In this document: one piece after another, positions 21,357 to 31,424 of the stretch | Numbering within the stretch: position 1 is the stretch's first letter | How the letters are laid out: the number at the start of each line of letters is the position of its first letter | From: Chamaesiphon sp. | GTDB taxonomy: Bacteria; Cyanobacteriota; Cyanobacteriia; Cyanobacteriales; Chamaesiphonaceae | Assembly (NCBI GenBank): GCA_965246715.1 | Contig: CBDFFH010000012.1 | Location: 1 to 64,000 of the forward strand | DNA: 64,000 nt | Direction of reading: 5' to 3' | Made by a program: the position numbers and the translations under genes | Notes under the pieces: generated by a model | The model's database searches: none | The model's input: the letters and a program-made list of their open reading frames with translations, nothing else | What the model was told of the DNA's origin: nothing

Positions 21357-21788
21357 GTGCCAGACAAACATCAAACAATTCTTGGCTTCGATCCGGGTAA
21401 GGATAAATGTGGTGTTGCGGCGATCGATGGCGATGGCCGCTTGCTCTACCATCAAGTAGTCCCTACCGCACAGACGCTCGATCGAATTAGTAATTTATGC
21501 CAGCAGTATAACGTCGATCGACTAGTCATGGGCGACCAGACCACGGCTAAACAATGGAAACAGCAATTAACTGCGGCATTTCCCGAGTTGCCGATTTGCC
21601 CAGTGGATGAAAGATATAGTAGCCTCGAAGCACGCGATCGCTACTGGCGCATGTATCCCCCAAACTTTCTGACTTCTTTAATCCCACAAGGAATGCGTCA
21701 ACCACCCCGCCCGATCGACGATCTCGTCGCCATCATTTTAATCGAACGTTATTTAGCAAGGGAATCGGGGCTAGTTGTTGGGGAATAG
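21357..21788 (+). CDS. YqgF/RNase H-like nuclease
   Basis: LGFDPGKDKCG, VDERYSS and IDD motifs; GTG start. Confidence 0.8.
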   Translation: MPDKHQTILGFDPGKDKCGVAAIDGDGRLLYHQVVPTAQTLDRISNLCQQYNVDRLVMGDQTTAKQWKQQLTAAFPELPICPVDERYSSLEARDRYWRMYPPNFLTSLIPQGMRQPPRPIDDLVAIILIERYLARESGLVVGE

Positions 21789-21803
21789 GGAGTATCATCC
21801 AAG

Positions 21804-21909
21804 TAAGGGACTTGCAAATTAATAAACTACCATCGATCGATAGGCTGGTGCGTTACGCTACGCGATAACACACCCTACAATTTGGGGTCTTATTTTCTTC
21901 TACTCCCTA
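21804..21909. repeat. Degenerate small repeat with AGGGA...TCCCT ends and an internal GGTGCGTTA/TAACACACC palindrome
   Basis: Partial terminal inverted repeat; abuts the next MITE. Confidence 0.4.
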
Positions 21910-21912
21910 ACT

Positions 21913-22066
21913 AACCCAAGTTGCTACCTAGAAATGCCTACGATTAAAATCGTGTCTAATGATGCAAAGTCCGCCTTCGCGGACTAATAAACCAGTCCGC
22001 GAAGGCGGACTTTGCAATCTGAGGAGCGGTTTCTAACCGCTTTTGCTATAGGTAGCAACTTGGGTT
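21913..22066. mobile_element. MITE (154 bp) with AACCCAAGTTGCTACCTA terminal inverted repeats
   Basis: Perfect 18-bp TIR, 4-bp duplication AACT and paired AGTCCGC...GCGGACT palindromes. Confidence 0.85.
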
Positions 22067-22099
22067 AACTACTATCCCCGCATCCCAATCCCCGATCTA

Positions 22100-22693
22100 C
22101 TACTTCAGATTTGCCGCAGCAAAATCCCAGTTAATCAAGCTATCCAAATAGGTGCTGATAAAATCAGGGCGACGATTTTGAAAATCGAGATAGTAAGCGT
22201 GCTCCCACACATCCATCGTTAGCAACGGAGTTTGACCGTGAACTAGGGGATTTTCAGCGTTAGGCGTTTTAGTAACCTTGAGCGTACCACCATCGTTGAC
22301 GAGCCAAGCCCAGCCGCTACCAAATTGAGTCGCACCAGCAGCTTTGAATGCCTCTTTGAATTTATCTAAACCACCCAAATCTGCATCGATTTTAGCTGCT
22401 AATTCACCAGTCGGTGCGCCACCGCCATTGGGCTTCATCGACTTCCAGAAGAAAGTATGATTCCAGACTTGCGCCGCGTTATTGAAAATACCTGCCTTGC
22501 TAACATCGCCAAAACTACCTTTAACAACATCTTCCAAAGACATATCCGCCATTGGCGTATCTTTGACAAGATTGTTGAGGTTAGTTACGTAACCAGCATG
22601 GTGCTTGCCATAGTGAAACTCAAATGTCTGTTTGGACATGTTTGGCTCTAGTGCCGCCATATCATAGGGCAAAGCTTCTTGTACGAACGCCAT
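22100..22693 (-). CDS. sodB: Fe superoxide dismutase
   Basis: HYGKHH, NNAAQVWNH and DVWEHAYY motifs; AAQ indicates the Fe type. Confidence 0.95.
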   Translation of the reverse strand: MAFVQEALPYDMAALEPNMSKQTFEFHYGKHHAGYVTNLNNLVKDTPMADMSLEDVVKGSFGDVSKAGIFNNAAQVWNHTFFWKSMKPNGGGAPTGELAAKIDADLGGLDKFKEAFKAAGATQFGSGWAWLVNDGGTLKVTKTPNAENPLVHGQTPLLTMDVWEHAYYLDFQNRRPDFISTYLDSLINWDFAAANLK

Positions 22694-23004
22694 TCCGATG
22701 CTCTCCTTAAAAATTAAGTATTGTTATCTTAATGCTGAATATAACAAATTTAGTCAGACGCAAGCCATAGCGCGATCGAATCAGCACACTTATCACGACT
22801 TGATGGGCTGATTCAGCGGTGATTTATACCGCAATTTAGCAACGCCATAATTTCAGTCGATCGAGGATCGGCACAAATATAAATAGCGATCGAGATTAAT
22901 TGTTACTGCATAAATTTAATCTGTGGGCACCGCCTCAACTAAATCCATAATCAAATCTAGCTGTTCTACCACTATTCGATCGACTCAATTTCCGATCGCA
23001 GCAA

Positions 23005-24453
23005 TCAATCCCCACCAAAGATTTCTATGTCTGTAAACGCCGCTACCGGCGCACCATGTCCTACCCAGACGATTTGATTGGGTTCGCCCTTACCGCAGAA
23101 AGGAGAACCATACATTTCCCAGGTACTAACATTACCAACTTGCGCTAGATTGCCCCAAAATTGCGGTGTGATGCCACGATAATTGGGATTACGGATGGTT
23201 TGAGTCAATTTGCCATTTTCGATGAGCTTGGCGTATTCACAGCTAAACTGAAACTTATGGCGGCGATCGTCGATCGACCATGAACGATTGGACTCCATGT
23301 AGATGCCCCGATCGATCCCACCGATTATTTCATCGAAGCTGTTATCGCCCGGTTCGAGATTGATATTTGCCATCCGATCGATCGGCGGACGATTCCAGCT
23401 ACAAGCGCGACTGCAAGCGACTCCGGGTAGGTCCAATCGGGCTTGACTCTCCAGACTTCCCAGTCCTCGCTCTAATACACCGTCGCGGATGATATATTCT
23501 CGCGTGGCGGTGGCTCCGGTATCGTCGAAACTATAACTAGCAAACTCGCCCGATACCGTGGGATCGAAGGTAATATTCATCAATGGCGAACCGTAGACGA
23601 GGTTGCCAAAATCTGCGGGTTTGACGAAGCTGCCGCCTGCATAATTGCGCTCGTCACCCAAAATTCGATCGAGTTCCAGCGGATGTCCGACGCTTTCATG
23701 GATTTGGAGCAGCAGTTGATCTGGTGCGAGGACGAGGGTAGTCGTCTCGGTGGGACATTCCATCGCCGTCAGCAATTCTAATGCCTGTTCGCCGACTTGT
23801 TGTACCCGCGCCCATAAATCGGGGGTGAGAAAGTATTCCAGCCCGCCTTGATAGCAGCGCGCGAGTCCCCCGCGATCGCTGCGATGTTGGATAATGGCTC
23901 CATCCTGAGCGGTAGCGGCATAATCTGTCGTCATCAGCAGGAATTTCTGATAAACATCGGAACCATTGCTACTGACAAACCAAGTTTCTAATTCGCGAGT
24001 AATAATCGTCGCGCTGGTTTGGACGATTTTTTCACCGACCTTGAGCGTATGACAAATCTTGCTCAGTTGCTCGCTAACTTCGCCAGGAGTCAGGCTATTA
24101 AAAGGCTGGAGGGTGGGTGAAACGTATTGTCCGACTACTTTGGGTCTTTGGGCTGTAGTGATGGGGTAAATTCGATATGCGCTAGCGGCGATCGCTTGAT
24201 GATATGCTGCGGTTGCGGCGGTTTGGATGCCCTTAATCGTAACGATATTTGTCGCGCCATAGCCGATTTGTCCGTTGACAAGGACTTCGACCATTACACC
24301 TTCGCTAATCGTCTTACTGTTATTCTGCGGCATTCCGTCGCGTGCCGATCGAGCGGTGGCGACTTCTCGCGATTTTCGCAAGCCAATCCAATCTACTGGT
24401 AAGTCAATGTTGTTGAGTAAATCACTGAGTTGAGGGATGGTGGTGGCAAGCAT
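23005..24453 (-). CDS. tldD: TldD family metalloprotease subunit
   Basis: HESVGHPLELD zinc motif, RMAN and CGKGEP; ATG 24453 (the upstream extension is heptamer repeat). Confidence 0.9.
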   Translation of the reverse strand: MLATTIPQLSDLLNNIDLPVDWIGLRKSREVATARSARDGMPQNNSKTISEGVMVEVLVNGQIGYGATNIVTIKGIQTAATAAYHQAIAASAYRIYPITTAQRPKVVGQYVSPTLQPFNSLTPGEVSEQLSKICHTLKVGEKIVQTSATIITRELETWFVSSNGSDVYQKFLLMTTDYAATAQDGAIIQHRSDRGGLARCYQGGLEYFLTPDLWARVQQVGEQALELLTAMECPTETTTLVLAPDQLLLQIHESVGHPLELDRILGDERNYAGGSFVKPADFGNLVYGSPLMNITFDPTVSGEFASYSFDDTGATATREYIIRDGVLERGLGSLESQARLDLPGVACSRACSWNRPPIDRMANINLEPGDNSFDEIIGGIDRGIYMESNRSWSIDDRRHKFQFSCEYAKLIENGKLTQTIRNPNYRGITPQFWGNLAQVGNVSTWEMYGSPFCGKGEPNQIVWVGHGAPVAAFTDIEIFGGD

Positions 24454-24511
24454 GGGGATTTTGGATTTTGGATTTTGGATTGCGGATTGACCAGTCACTG
24501 TTCACTATTCA

Positions 24512-24952
24512 CTATCCCCTAATCCCTAGAATTGGGCGGCGATGATAATATCGATATTCTAGATAATCTCGCGCGATTTGTCCGTGGTCGAAACAGAGTG
24601 TGAGGGGAATTTCCCAGGGAGCGAAGATCCCAACGCTTTTGGCATCATCTTGGGCGATCGGGGTGCCAGTTGCGGTCGCAATAAAGACGATACTGATAGT
24701 ATGCTGTCTCGGATCGCGATCGGGGGCAGAATAAACATGAAATTGCTCGAGCAATCGGACATCTAAACCAATTTCTTCTTGGGCTTCACGAATGGCAGCA
24801 GTTTCGAGTGATTCGCCATAGTCTACAAATCCACCTGGAATTGCCCAACCGTGAGGGGGATTCAAGCGCTCGATCAGGATAATCGGGCGATCGGGCTTGT
24901 CGATTAGTTCGATAATGATATCTACTGTTGGTGTGGGGTTGCGGTAGGCCAT
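24512..24952 (-). CDS. NUDIX hydrolase (ADP-ribose pyrophosphatase-like)
   Basis: Nudix box [23 protein letters not shown] and RDPR. Confidence 0.9.
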   Translation of the reverse strand: MAYRNPTPTVDIIIELIDKPDRPIILIERLNPPHGWAIPGGFVDYGESLETAAIREAQEEIGLDVRLLEQFHVYSAPDRDPRQHTISIVFIATATGTPIAQDDAKSVGIFAPWEIPLTLCFDHGQIARDYLEYRYYHRRPILGIRG

Positions 24953-25005
24953 TCGATTTTGGATTAATTCGATTTTGGATAGTGGATAGTGGATTGACGG
25001 TTCGT

Positions 25006-25061
25006 TATCCACTATCCACTATCCACTATTCACTATTCACTGTTCACTGTTCACTATTCAC
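25006..25061. repeat. Heptamer tandem repeats (TATCCAC/TATTCAC/TGTTCAC)
   Basis: About 8 units; similar arrays at 3230-3260, 24457-24482, 30145-30222, 41580-41612 and 45787-45851. Confidence 0.85.
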
Positions 25062-25064
25062 TAG

Positions 25065-25889
25065 ATGAAGACAAAGAAACAATTCGGACAACACTGGCTG
25101 CGAAACGAACAGGTACTCGATCGGATTATCCAAGCTGCTAAAATTACCTCGACCGATCGGATTTTGGAAATTGGCCCTGGTACGGGAATTTTGACACGCA
25201 GATTGATTCCAGCGGCGAGTGCGGTTGTGGCGGTGGAGATCGATCGAGATTTATGTACGTTGTTGGTAAAAAAGCTCGGTAATGTCGATAACTTCTTACT
25301 ATTGCAAAATGACTTCCTCAATCTCGACGTAAACGCTGCGCTCGCTGACTTTCCAAATTTTCAAAATGCTAATAAAGTTGTCGCAAATATTCCCTACAAT
25401 ATCACTGGGCCGATCCTTGAAAAACTCTTAGGAAATATCATTCACCCATCACCCACACCTTTTGATTCGATCGTGTTACTGGTTCAGAAAGAAGTAGCCG
25501 AACGGTTATATGCCAAGCCGAGTACTAAAGCTTTCGGGGCGCTATCGATTCGCGTTCAATATTTAGCACACTGCGAATTAATTTGTCCCGTTCCCGCACG
25601 AGATTTTTCGCCACCGCCGAAGGTTGACTCGGCAGTGGTGAGGCTGACTCCCAGACAAGTAGCACTCGCCCCGACTCAGCCAAAAGTATTCGATAATTTA
25701 GTTAGGTTGGGATTTGCGACACGGCGAAAAATGCTCAGAAATAATTTACAAAGTGCGATCGATCGCGAGGATTTAACTAAGCTGTTAATATCATTAGATA
25801 TCAATGCTGAAGCTCGTGCGGAAGATTTGAGTTTGGAGCAGTGGATTCAGTTATCGAATTTGGTGGTGGGTGAGACTGCGATCGGTTAA
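25065..25889 (+). CDS. rsmA: 16S rRNA m6,2A dimethyltransferase
   Basis: KKQFGQHWL, EIGPGTG, ANIPYNI and PPPKVDS motifs. Confidence 0.95.
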   Translation: MKTKKQFGQHWLRNEQVLDRIIQAAKITSTDRILEIGPGTGILTRRLIPAASAVVAVEIDRDLCTLLVKKLGNVDNFLLLQNDFLNLDVNAALADFPNFQNANKVVANIPYNITGPILEKLLGNIIHPSPTPFDSIVLLVQKEVAERLYAKPSTKAFGALSIRVQYLAHCELICPVPARDFSPPPKVDSAVVRLTPRQVALAPTQPKVFDNLVRLGFATRRKMLRNNLQSAIDREDLTKLLISLDINAEARAEDLSLEQWIQLSNLVVGETAIG

Positions 25890-25922
25890 TCTCAACCCGC
25901 CGATTTCTCTATTTAACTCGAT

Positions 25923-26147
25923 ATGCAAACTACTCCCGAACAGACTAGATCGATTATCCGCTGGGGGCATCAACATCGCCAGATGCTTAGAGTAAAATAT
26001 CGCCGTCAATTTGTTGCTTATAGTGCCACTCGATTATTGGCTGCAAGCCAAGATTGGGATTTGGTAGAAGCTCTCGCCCAAGCCGAAGGTGAACCGTATT
26101 TGGTGAAGTGGATTCCCGCACAGACCTCAGAATTTCAATTTTTTTAG
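25923..26147 (+). CDS. Small hypothetical protein (DUF5678-like)
   Basis: 74 aa with a KYRRQFVAY...LLAAS pattern. Confidence 0.55.
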   Translation: MQTTPEQTRSIIRWGHQHRQMLRVKYRRQFVAYSATRLLAASQDWDLVEALAQAEGEPYLVKWIPAQTSEFQFF

Positions 26148-26189
26148 TAAAAAGCTGAGAATAAAATTACCATACCAGACGATCGAGGA

Positions 26190-26453
26190 TTAGGAATTAT
26201 TGTTACCCATGCCAGTAACATGTCGGAGGATGAGATCGATCTTCCGGTTTTGTTCGTCTAACCGACTATTAACATCCTTTCTAAATTCATCGATCTCTTG
26301 ATGCACGCTCTCGAATGCTTCGGTAATGTAGCCACCAGGAGTCATAGTGTTCTCTAACTGAGCTTGCGTATTTTCGAGCCTAGTCAATCTGTATTCAAGT
26401 TGAGCGATGCGGGTGACGATATCGCGGTCGTTCGGTTCGCGAGATTGGGTCAT
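26190..26453 (-). CDS. Small coiled-coil hypothetical protein
   Basis: 87 aa with heptad character and a KIDLILRHVTG C-terminus. Confidence 0.65.
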   Translation of the reverse strand: MTQSREPNDRDIVTRIAQLEYRLTRLENTQAQLENTMTPGGYITEAFESVHQEIDEFRKDVNSRLDEQNRKIDLILRHVTGMGNNNS

Positions 26454-26744
26454 AATGCTTGTGAATATTTAACTAGATATTCCCGCTGAGTTTAGTTGCT
26501 GATAGAGTAATTATATATTAATCGATCGAATCGTTGGCGGAGCCTTTCGGAACGAAAATCGAGCGATTGAATTGTTAGGCATGAAAACTAAATAACGGGC
26601 AATTCTCCCGTGGGTTGGGACGAGGGTAGATCTGCATACGATCGAATTCTCATTCTTTAGATAGTTGGGATGTTGTGAATTAGTTGTGGCGATCGAATCC
26701 AAATTAGACTAATATAAAATCGGTTGCCAAATAACTACATCTTC

Positions 26745-28268
26745 ATGACATCTAGAATCTCACTGTGGACTGGACTAATGGGAGTCAGTGCCACGATCGC
26801 GCTCGTCCAGCCAAATATCGCTGCTGCCAAATCCTCAGTCGAGATTGCCGATACAGCCAAAGCAATTACCGTCTTAATTACCGAGCCGGATAGTGTTGGT
26901 TCGGGCGTAATTCTTGAGCATCAAGGCGATGTCTATACCGTGCTCACCGCCGCGCATGTTGTAAAAGCCAAGGCTAGTTTTAAAATTACCACGCCAGACG
27001 ATCGCAAATACGCAATCATCAGCAGCTCGATTAAATCTGCGCCTGGTAGTATCGATCTCGCAGTGGTCAAATTCAAATCGACAGCAAATTATCCCACCGC
27101 CAAACTGGGAAATTGCAACCTGCTCAAATCGGGGATGGATGTCTATGTGGCAGGATTTCCAAGTGGGAGTAAGGCGATTAACGAGCTGATATTTGTATTC
27201 AGAGAAGGGAAGATTTCGGCAAATAGTAATAAAGTGCTTGAGAAGGGATATTCACTAGTTTATAGTAACGATACACTACCAGGAATGAGTGGTGGGGCGG
27301 TGTTGAATAGCGATGGTGAATTAGTTGCCATTCACGGTCGGGGCGATCGCGATGACAGTGGAGCTAAAACTGGATTCAATCTCGGTATTCCCATCAATCG
27401 GTTTGCGACGGTGGCGAGTAATATGGGAGTCAATCTGGGCGGGCAAGTAGCCCCTATTCCCCAAAACACCATCCCGAAGGCCGATGATTACTTTGCATCA
27501 GCAGTGCAGAAGGATGGCAAAGGAGACTATCGGGGCGCACTGGCTGACTTGAATCAAGCGATCGCCCTCAACCCTAAATATGCCGCTGCTTACGCTGGTC
27601 GTGGTGGTATCAAAGGTGAAAATCTCAACGATATGCAGGGCGCACTTGCTGACTTGAACCAAGCGATCGCCCTCAACCCCACATCTGCTGTGGCTTACAA
27701 CAATCGCGGTGCTCTGAAATATCTAAAGCTCAACGATGTGCAGGGCGCACTGGCTGACTTGAACCAAGCGATTGCCCTCGACCCGAAAGATGCCTTAGCT
27801 TACAAAAATCGCGGTGCTCTGAAACAGGAAAAGCTCAACGATGTCCAGGGCGCACTGGCTGACTTGAACCAAGCGATTGCCCTCGATGCGAAAGATGTCA
27901 AAGTTTACAACAATCGCGGTGCTCTGAAATATCAAAAGCTCAATGATGTGCAGGGCGCACTGGCTGACTATAACCAAGCGATCGCTCTCGACCCGAAAGA
28001 TGCCTTAGCTTACAACAATCGCGGTCTTGTGAAACATGAAAAGCTCAACGATGTGCAGGGCGCACTGGCTGACTATAACCAAGCGATCGCTCTCAACCCG
28101 AAGTATGCTGAAGCCTACTACAATCGCGGTGCTCTGAAAAAGCAAAAGCTCAACGATAAGCGGGGCGCAATCTCGGATATGCAGCAAGCGTTGAAACTAT
28201 CCAAACAGCAGGGCAATCAGCAAATTGCTCAAGGGGCGATCGATCTAATAAAAAGATGGCAACAGTAG
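26745..28268 (+). CDS. Secreted trypsin-like serine protease with TPR repeats
   Basis: Signal peptide; TAAH, DLAVV and GMSGG catalytic motifs; 35-aa tandem TPR units. Confidence 0.9.
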   Translation: MTSRISLWTGLMGVSATIALVQPNIAAAKSSVEIADTAKAITVLITEPDSVGSGVILEHQGDVYTVLTAAHVVKAKASFKITTPDDRKYAIISSSIKSAPGSIDLAVVKFKSTANYPTAKLGNCNLLKSGMDVYVAGFPSGSKAINELIFVFREGKISANSNKVLEKGYSLVYSNDTLPGMSGGAVLNSDGELVAIHGRGDRDDSGAKTGFNLGIPINRFATVASNMGVNLGGQVAPIPQNTIPKADDYFASAVQKDGKGDYRGALADLNQAIALNPKYAAAYAGRGGIKGENLNDMQGALADLNQAIALNPTSAVAYNNRGALKYLKLNDVQGALADLNQAIALDPKDALAYKNRGALKQEKLNDVQGALADLNQAIALDAKDVKVYNNRGALKYQKLNDVQGALADYNQAIALDPKDALAYNNRGLVKHEKLNDVQGALADYNQAIALNPKYAEAYYNRGALKKQKLNDKRGAISDMQQALKLSKQQGNQQIAQGAIDLIKRWQQ

Positions 28269-28320
28269 CAATCATTTCGGTTGTTAGCGACGCAGATTAA
28301 ATTTCTCGACCTCCGTAAGA

Positions 28321-28926
28321 TTACCAAATTCTGCTCATACTCAGTACGAAACCTGGCATCACTTCACCACAATCGATCTCAGTGGGTGACTCTAGTATCT
28401 CTGGTTCTCGATCGGGTCGGTAGATTTCCACCTGCTGATTTTTGGGGTCGATGAGCAAGCCTAATCGCACTCCAACCCGTTGAAATTCTATCATTTTCTC
28501 CTGCAATGGTTTCAAATTGTCACTAGCAGATCGGAGTTCGATGACAAAATCGGGTACCACTGGAATGAATCTAACGATATTCACCCCCTCCAATCGAGAT
28601 TTCTCGATCCAAGAAACATCTGGGGATGGTTTCCCGCCGCCGAAGGCAGTGAAATCGTATCCACCTGATGAGTCGAATACGCGACCCAGATTGGATTGTC
28701 GGTTCCAAATCCCAACATCAATAACCAAATCTGCATTACGTTCGCTACTTTCGCCACCTGCTGGAGCCATAACAATTAATTCTCGATTCGGGGTCAATTC
28801 GAGGCGTAAGTCAGGATTATTGATACAAAGACGATCGAACTGTTCTGGTGTGACAGTTAGAGTTGTATCGCTCACGTCTAGCAGCAATGGTTGAGGATCT
28901 ATAGTTGGAGCAATAGCGATCGTCAT
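28321..28926 (-). CDS. Uma2 family endonuclease-fold protein
   Basis: Close paralog of 12975-13574 (GGxPSPDVSW, FIPVVPDF). Confidence 0.9.
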   Translation of the reverse strand: MTIAIAPTIDPQPLLLDVSDTTLTVTPEQFDRLCINNPDLRLELTPNRELIVMAPAGGESSERNADLVIDVGIWNRQSNLGRVFDSSGGYDFTAFGGGKPSPDVSWIEKSRLEGVNIVRFIPVVPDFVIELRSASDNLKPLQEKMIEFQRVGVRLGLLIDPKNQQVEIYRPDREPEILESPTEIDCGEVMPGFVLSMSRIW

Positions 28927-29163
28927 AAAACCTCCAAACGTTTGCGGGAGCTAAATTATGTCACTTTGATTTTAGCACTGGTGAGAAGGTTTTTTAGTTC
29001 TCGATCGACAGTTTAGCGACTCTAACTCCGTCCAGATCGACCGTTACTCTGCAATAATATCGATCGATACCAATCTCGATATCTAGTAGTCGCTCTATCA
29101 CCTTCTCTAACATTCAAGACAGACTTTGTTTGTGTCGGTGCAGTTCAACCGCCAAATCTTTAT

Positions 29164-30114
29164 ATGAAATCCCTGACACTGATTGCCCCAGCTAAAATCA
29201 ATCTCCACTTAGAAATTCTCGGCATCAGACCCGATAATTATCATGAATTGGTAATGATAATGCAGTCGATCGATCTGGCCGATCGGATCGATATTCGATC
29301 GCTGAGTACCGATCGAATTATCCTCCATTGTGGACATCCCAAAGTACCACTCGATCGGACTAATTTGGCTTATCGTGCGGCTGAATTGATGCAGGCGGAA
29401 TTTCCTGATGCGTTTCGGAAATATGGGGGTGTCGAAATTACCTTACACAAACATATCCCGATCGCGGCGGGATTGGCAGGTGGTTCGGGCAATGCCGCAG
29501 CAGTATTAGTCGGGATCGACTTATTGTGGGAACTGGGACTCACTCAAGGAGATTTGCAAGCATTGGGGGCAACATTAGGCTCTGACGTACCGTTTTGTAT
29601 TTCGGGTGGTACTGCCATTGCAACGGGGAGAGGGGAGTTAGTATCGCCGTTAGGTAGCTTAGCGGGGATTTATGTGGTACTGGGAAAATATCAAAGTTTA
29701 GAGGTTTCTACTCCTTGGGCGTATGGTGCTTATCGAGAAGCTTTCGGACTAGAATATGCTAAAGAGCCAATTACTTTGGCCGAGCGCTCGCATCGCGTTC
29801 ATTCGGGGGCATTAGTACGGGCAATTGTCGATCGCGATCCAGTTAAAATCGGAAAATTACTGTATAACGATCTCGAAAAAGTGGTATTACCTGCTTATCC
29901 CCTAGTCTCAGAGTTGCGCTCGGTGTTTCAACGTCAGCCTAATTTGGGGACGATGATGTCTGGTTCGGGGCCGACGGTCTTTAGTCTAGCAAGTTCGCGG
30001 GAGCAAGCCGAAGCAATTCACTACCAAGTTCGCGCAGCAATTACCGATCCCGATCTAGAATTATTTGTAGCGCAATTTTGCGATCGTGGGATTCAAGTAA
30101 TTTCCAGTTCGTAA
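29164..30114 (+). CDS. ispE: 4-diphosphocytidyl-2-C-methyl-D-erythritol kinase
   Basis: APAKINL, GLAGGS, GSDVPF and MSGSGPT motifs. Confidence 0.95.
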   Translation: MKSLTLIAPAKINLHLEILGIRPDNYHELVMIMQSIDLADRIDIRSLSTDRIILHCGHPKVPLDRTNLAYRAAELMQAEFPDAFRKYGGVEITLHKHIPIAAGLAGGSGNAAAVLVGIDLLWELGLTQGDLQALGATLGSDVPFCISGGTAIATGRGELVSPLGSLAGIYVVLGKYQSLEVSTPWAYGAYREAFGLEYAKEPITLAERSHRVHSGALVRAIVDRDPVKIGKLLYNDLEKVVLPAYPLVSELRSVFQRQPNLGTMMSGSGPTVFSLASSREQAEAIHYQVRAAITDPDLELFVAQFCDRGIQVISSS

Positions 30115-30143
30115 GCCGTTCGTCAACTAAATCGAGTTGTGGT

Positions 30144-30174
<31 letters not shown>

Positions 30175-30225
30175 GAATTCATCAATCCAAAGTCCAAAGT
30201 CCAAAATCCAAAATCCAAAATCGGA

Positions 30226-30516
30226 ATGACTCAAATCACACCACCAAAACCTAATTTACCTAGTCCATTAAGCTGCTGGACTGGCTCGCTGATTGCTGGC
30301 GTAATGTCATTTGCATTGTATGTGATGACTAGCAATATCGCGACGACATTTGCGACCAGACCGATGGTACAGAAGACCACAATGGCGGCAAATATTGCAG
30401 CGGCGGTTCGCACGCTGGTCGTCGGTTCAACGGCTTTGGGTGCGGCGGTGTTTGGGATTATTGCTGTTGGTTTGGTTGCGTTAGGGATTCAAGTAGTACT
30501 AACTAAAAAGGTATAG
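30226..30516 (+). CDS. DUF3082-like membrane protein
   Basis: Two hydrophobic helices and NIAAAVRTLVVG motif. Confidence 0.75.
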   Translation: MTQITPPKPNLPSPLSCWTGSLIAGVMSFALYVMTSNIATTFATRPMVQKTTMAANIAAAVRTLVVGSTALGAAVFGIIAVGLVALGIQVVLTKKV

Positions 30517-30629
30517 GGCGTTGCTGACTGCAGGTATGATTCAACAAATGTGCAATAGCTAGAATCATTGGTAGGGGCAATTCATGAAATGCCCCTACCG
30601 ATGGTTTTATCCATCAATTCAGCAACGCC
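30517..30629. mobile_element. MITE (113 bp) of the GGCGTTGCTGA family
   Basis: TIRs, 8-bp duplication AGGTATAG/AGGTATAA and internal GGTAGGGGCA...TGCCCCTACC palindrome. Confidence 0.8.
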
Positions 30630-30681
30630 AGGTATAAAAGTAATCGATCGAATCCTATTCGATTCGATCGAGATCTAGCGT

Positions 30682-31083
30682 CTAATCAAGAGCATCTTTA
30701 ATATTGTCAGCTCGACGCTCGGATGTTTGATATTGACGAATGTTGGTTTCGGCTTGCTTAGTTTTTGCCGTAATTTCGGCTTCGTCTGGATTGGTTAAAT
30801 CTGACGATCGAATCGTACCTTCAGCTTGTTTGACTTTACCTTGAACCTGCGCTTCGCGATCGCCCTGGAGATTGCCAACTGTTTCTTTTAATTTACCTTC
30901 AAATTTCTGAAGGCTACCTTTGAAGGTGTCTGTGGCTAATAATTGGTGGTTGGGTACCAAGTCGAGTGATGTGGCAAGGGCTGTCGGAACATGCCCGAAT
31001 GTAACCGAGATCGTTAATATTAGCGCAATTAAGCAAGAACGGAAAATTTGATAGTTCACGATCGATAACCTGTTTAACTTCAA
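30682..31083 (-). CDS. CsbD family protein with N-terminal signal
   Basis: GKLKETVGNLQGD...GKVKQAEG motif; start codon uncertain. Confidence 0.7.
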   Translation of the reverse strand: MKLNRLSIVNYQIFRSCLIALILTISVTFGHVPTALATSLDLVPNHQLLATDTFKGSLQKFEGKLKETVGNLQGDREAQVQGKVKQAEGTIRSSDLTNPDEAEITAKTKQAETNIRQYQTSERRADNIKDALD

Positions 31084-31424
31084 TTATTAATTTGACCGAT
31101 CGCTGTTCGATTTATTGCATGAATTGATTGATTTCTATAAAAAATTTCATAGATTTATCAAATCTAGGATGGGGAATACCGATGGCAGTATGTCGGTAGT
31201 AAGATAAGTCTAAGAGCGCGATTCGCTTTCGATTCGATCGAGTTTAAGACATTAGACAGACTGTTTTGGTAGAGTATTGAGATGTTTGTATTGGCAATCG
31301 CAGGATATCGAATACAATTAAATTCTGTTAATTAGTTGCCTATTTGTTGCTGTCGGCAGTGCCACCATACAAAACTACAAAATTTCTGTGTCAATATTAT
31401 TGCTTTAATTTAATTTGTGCTGTG

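Noticed and set aside
27520..28170. Possible CRISPR array or diversity-generating retroelement repeats
   Set aside because: The repeats are in-frame TPR coding units with no unique spacers, and there is no cas or reverse transcriptase gene in the window.
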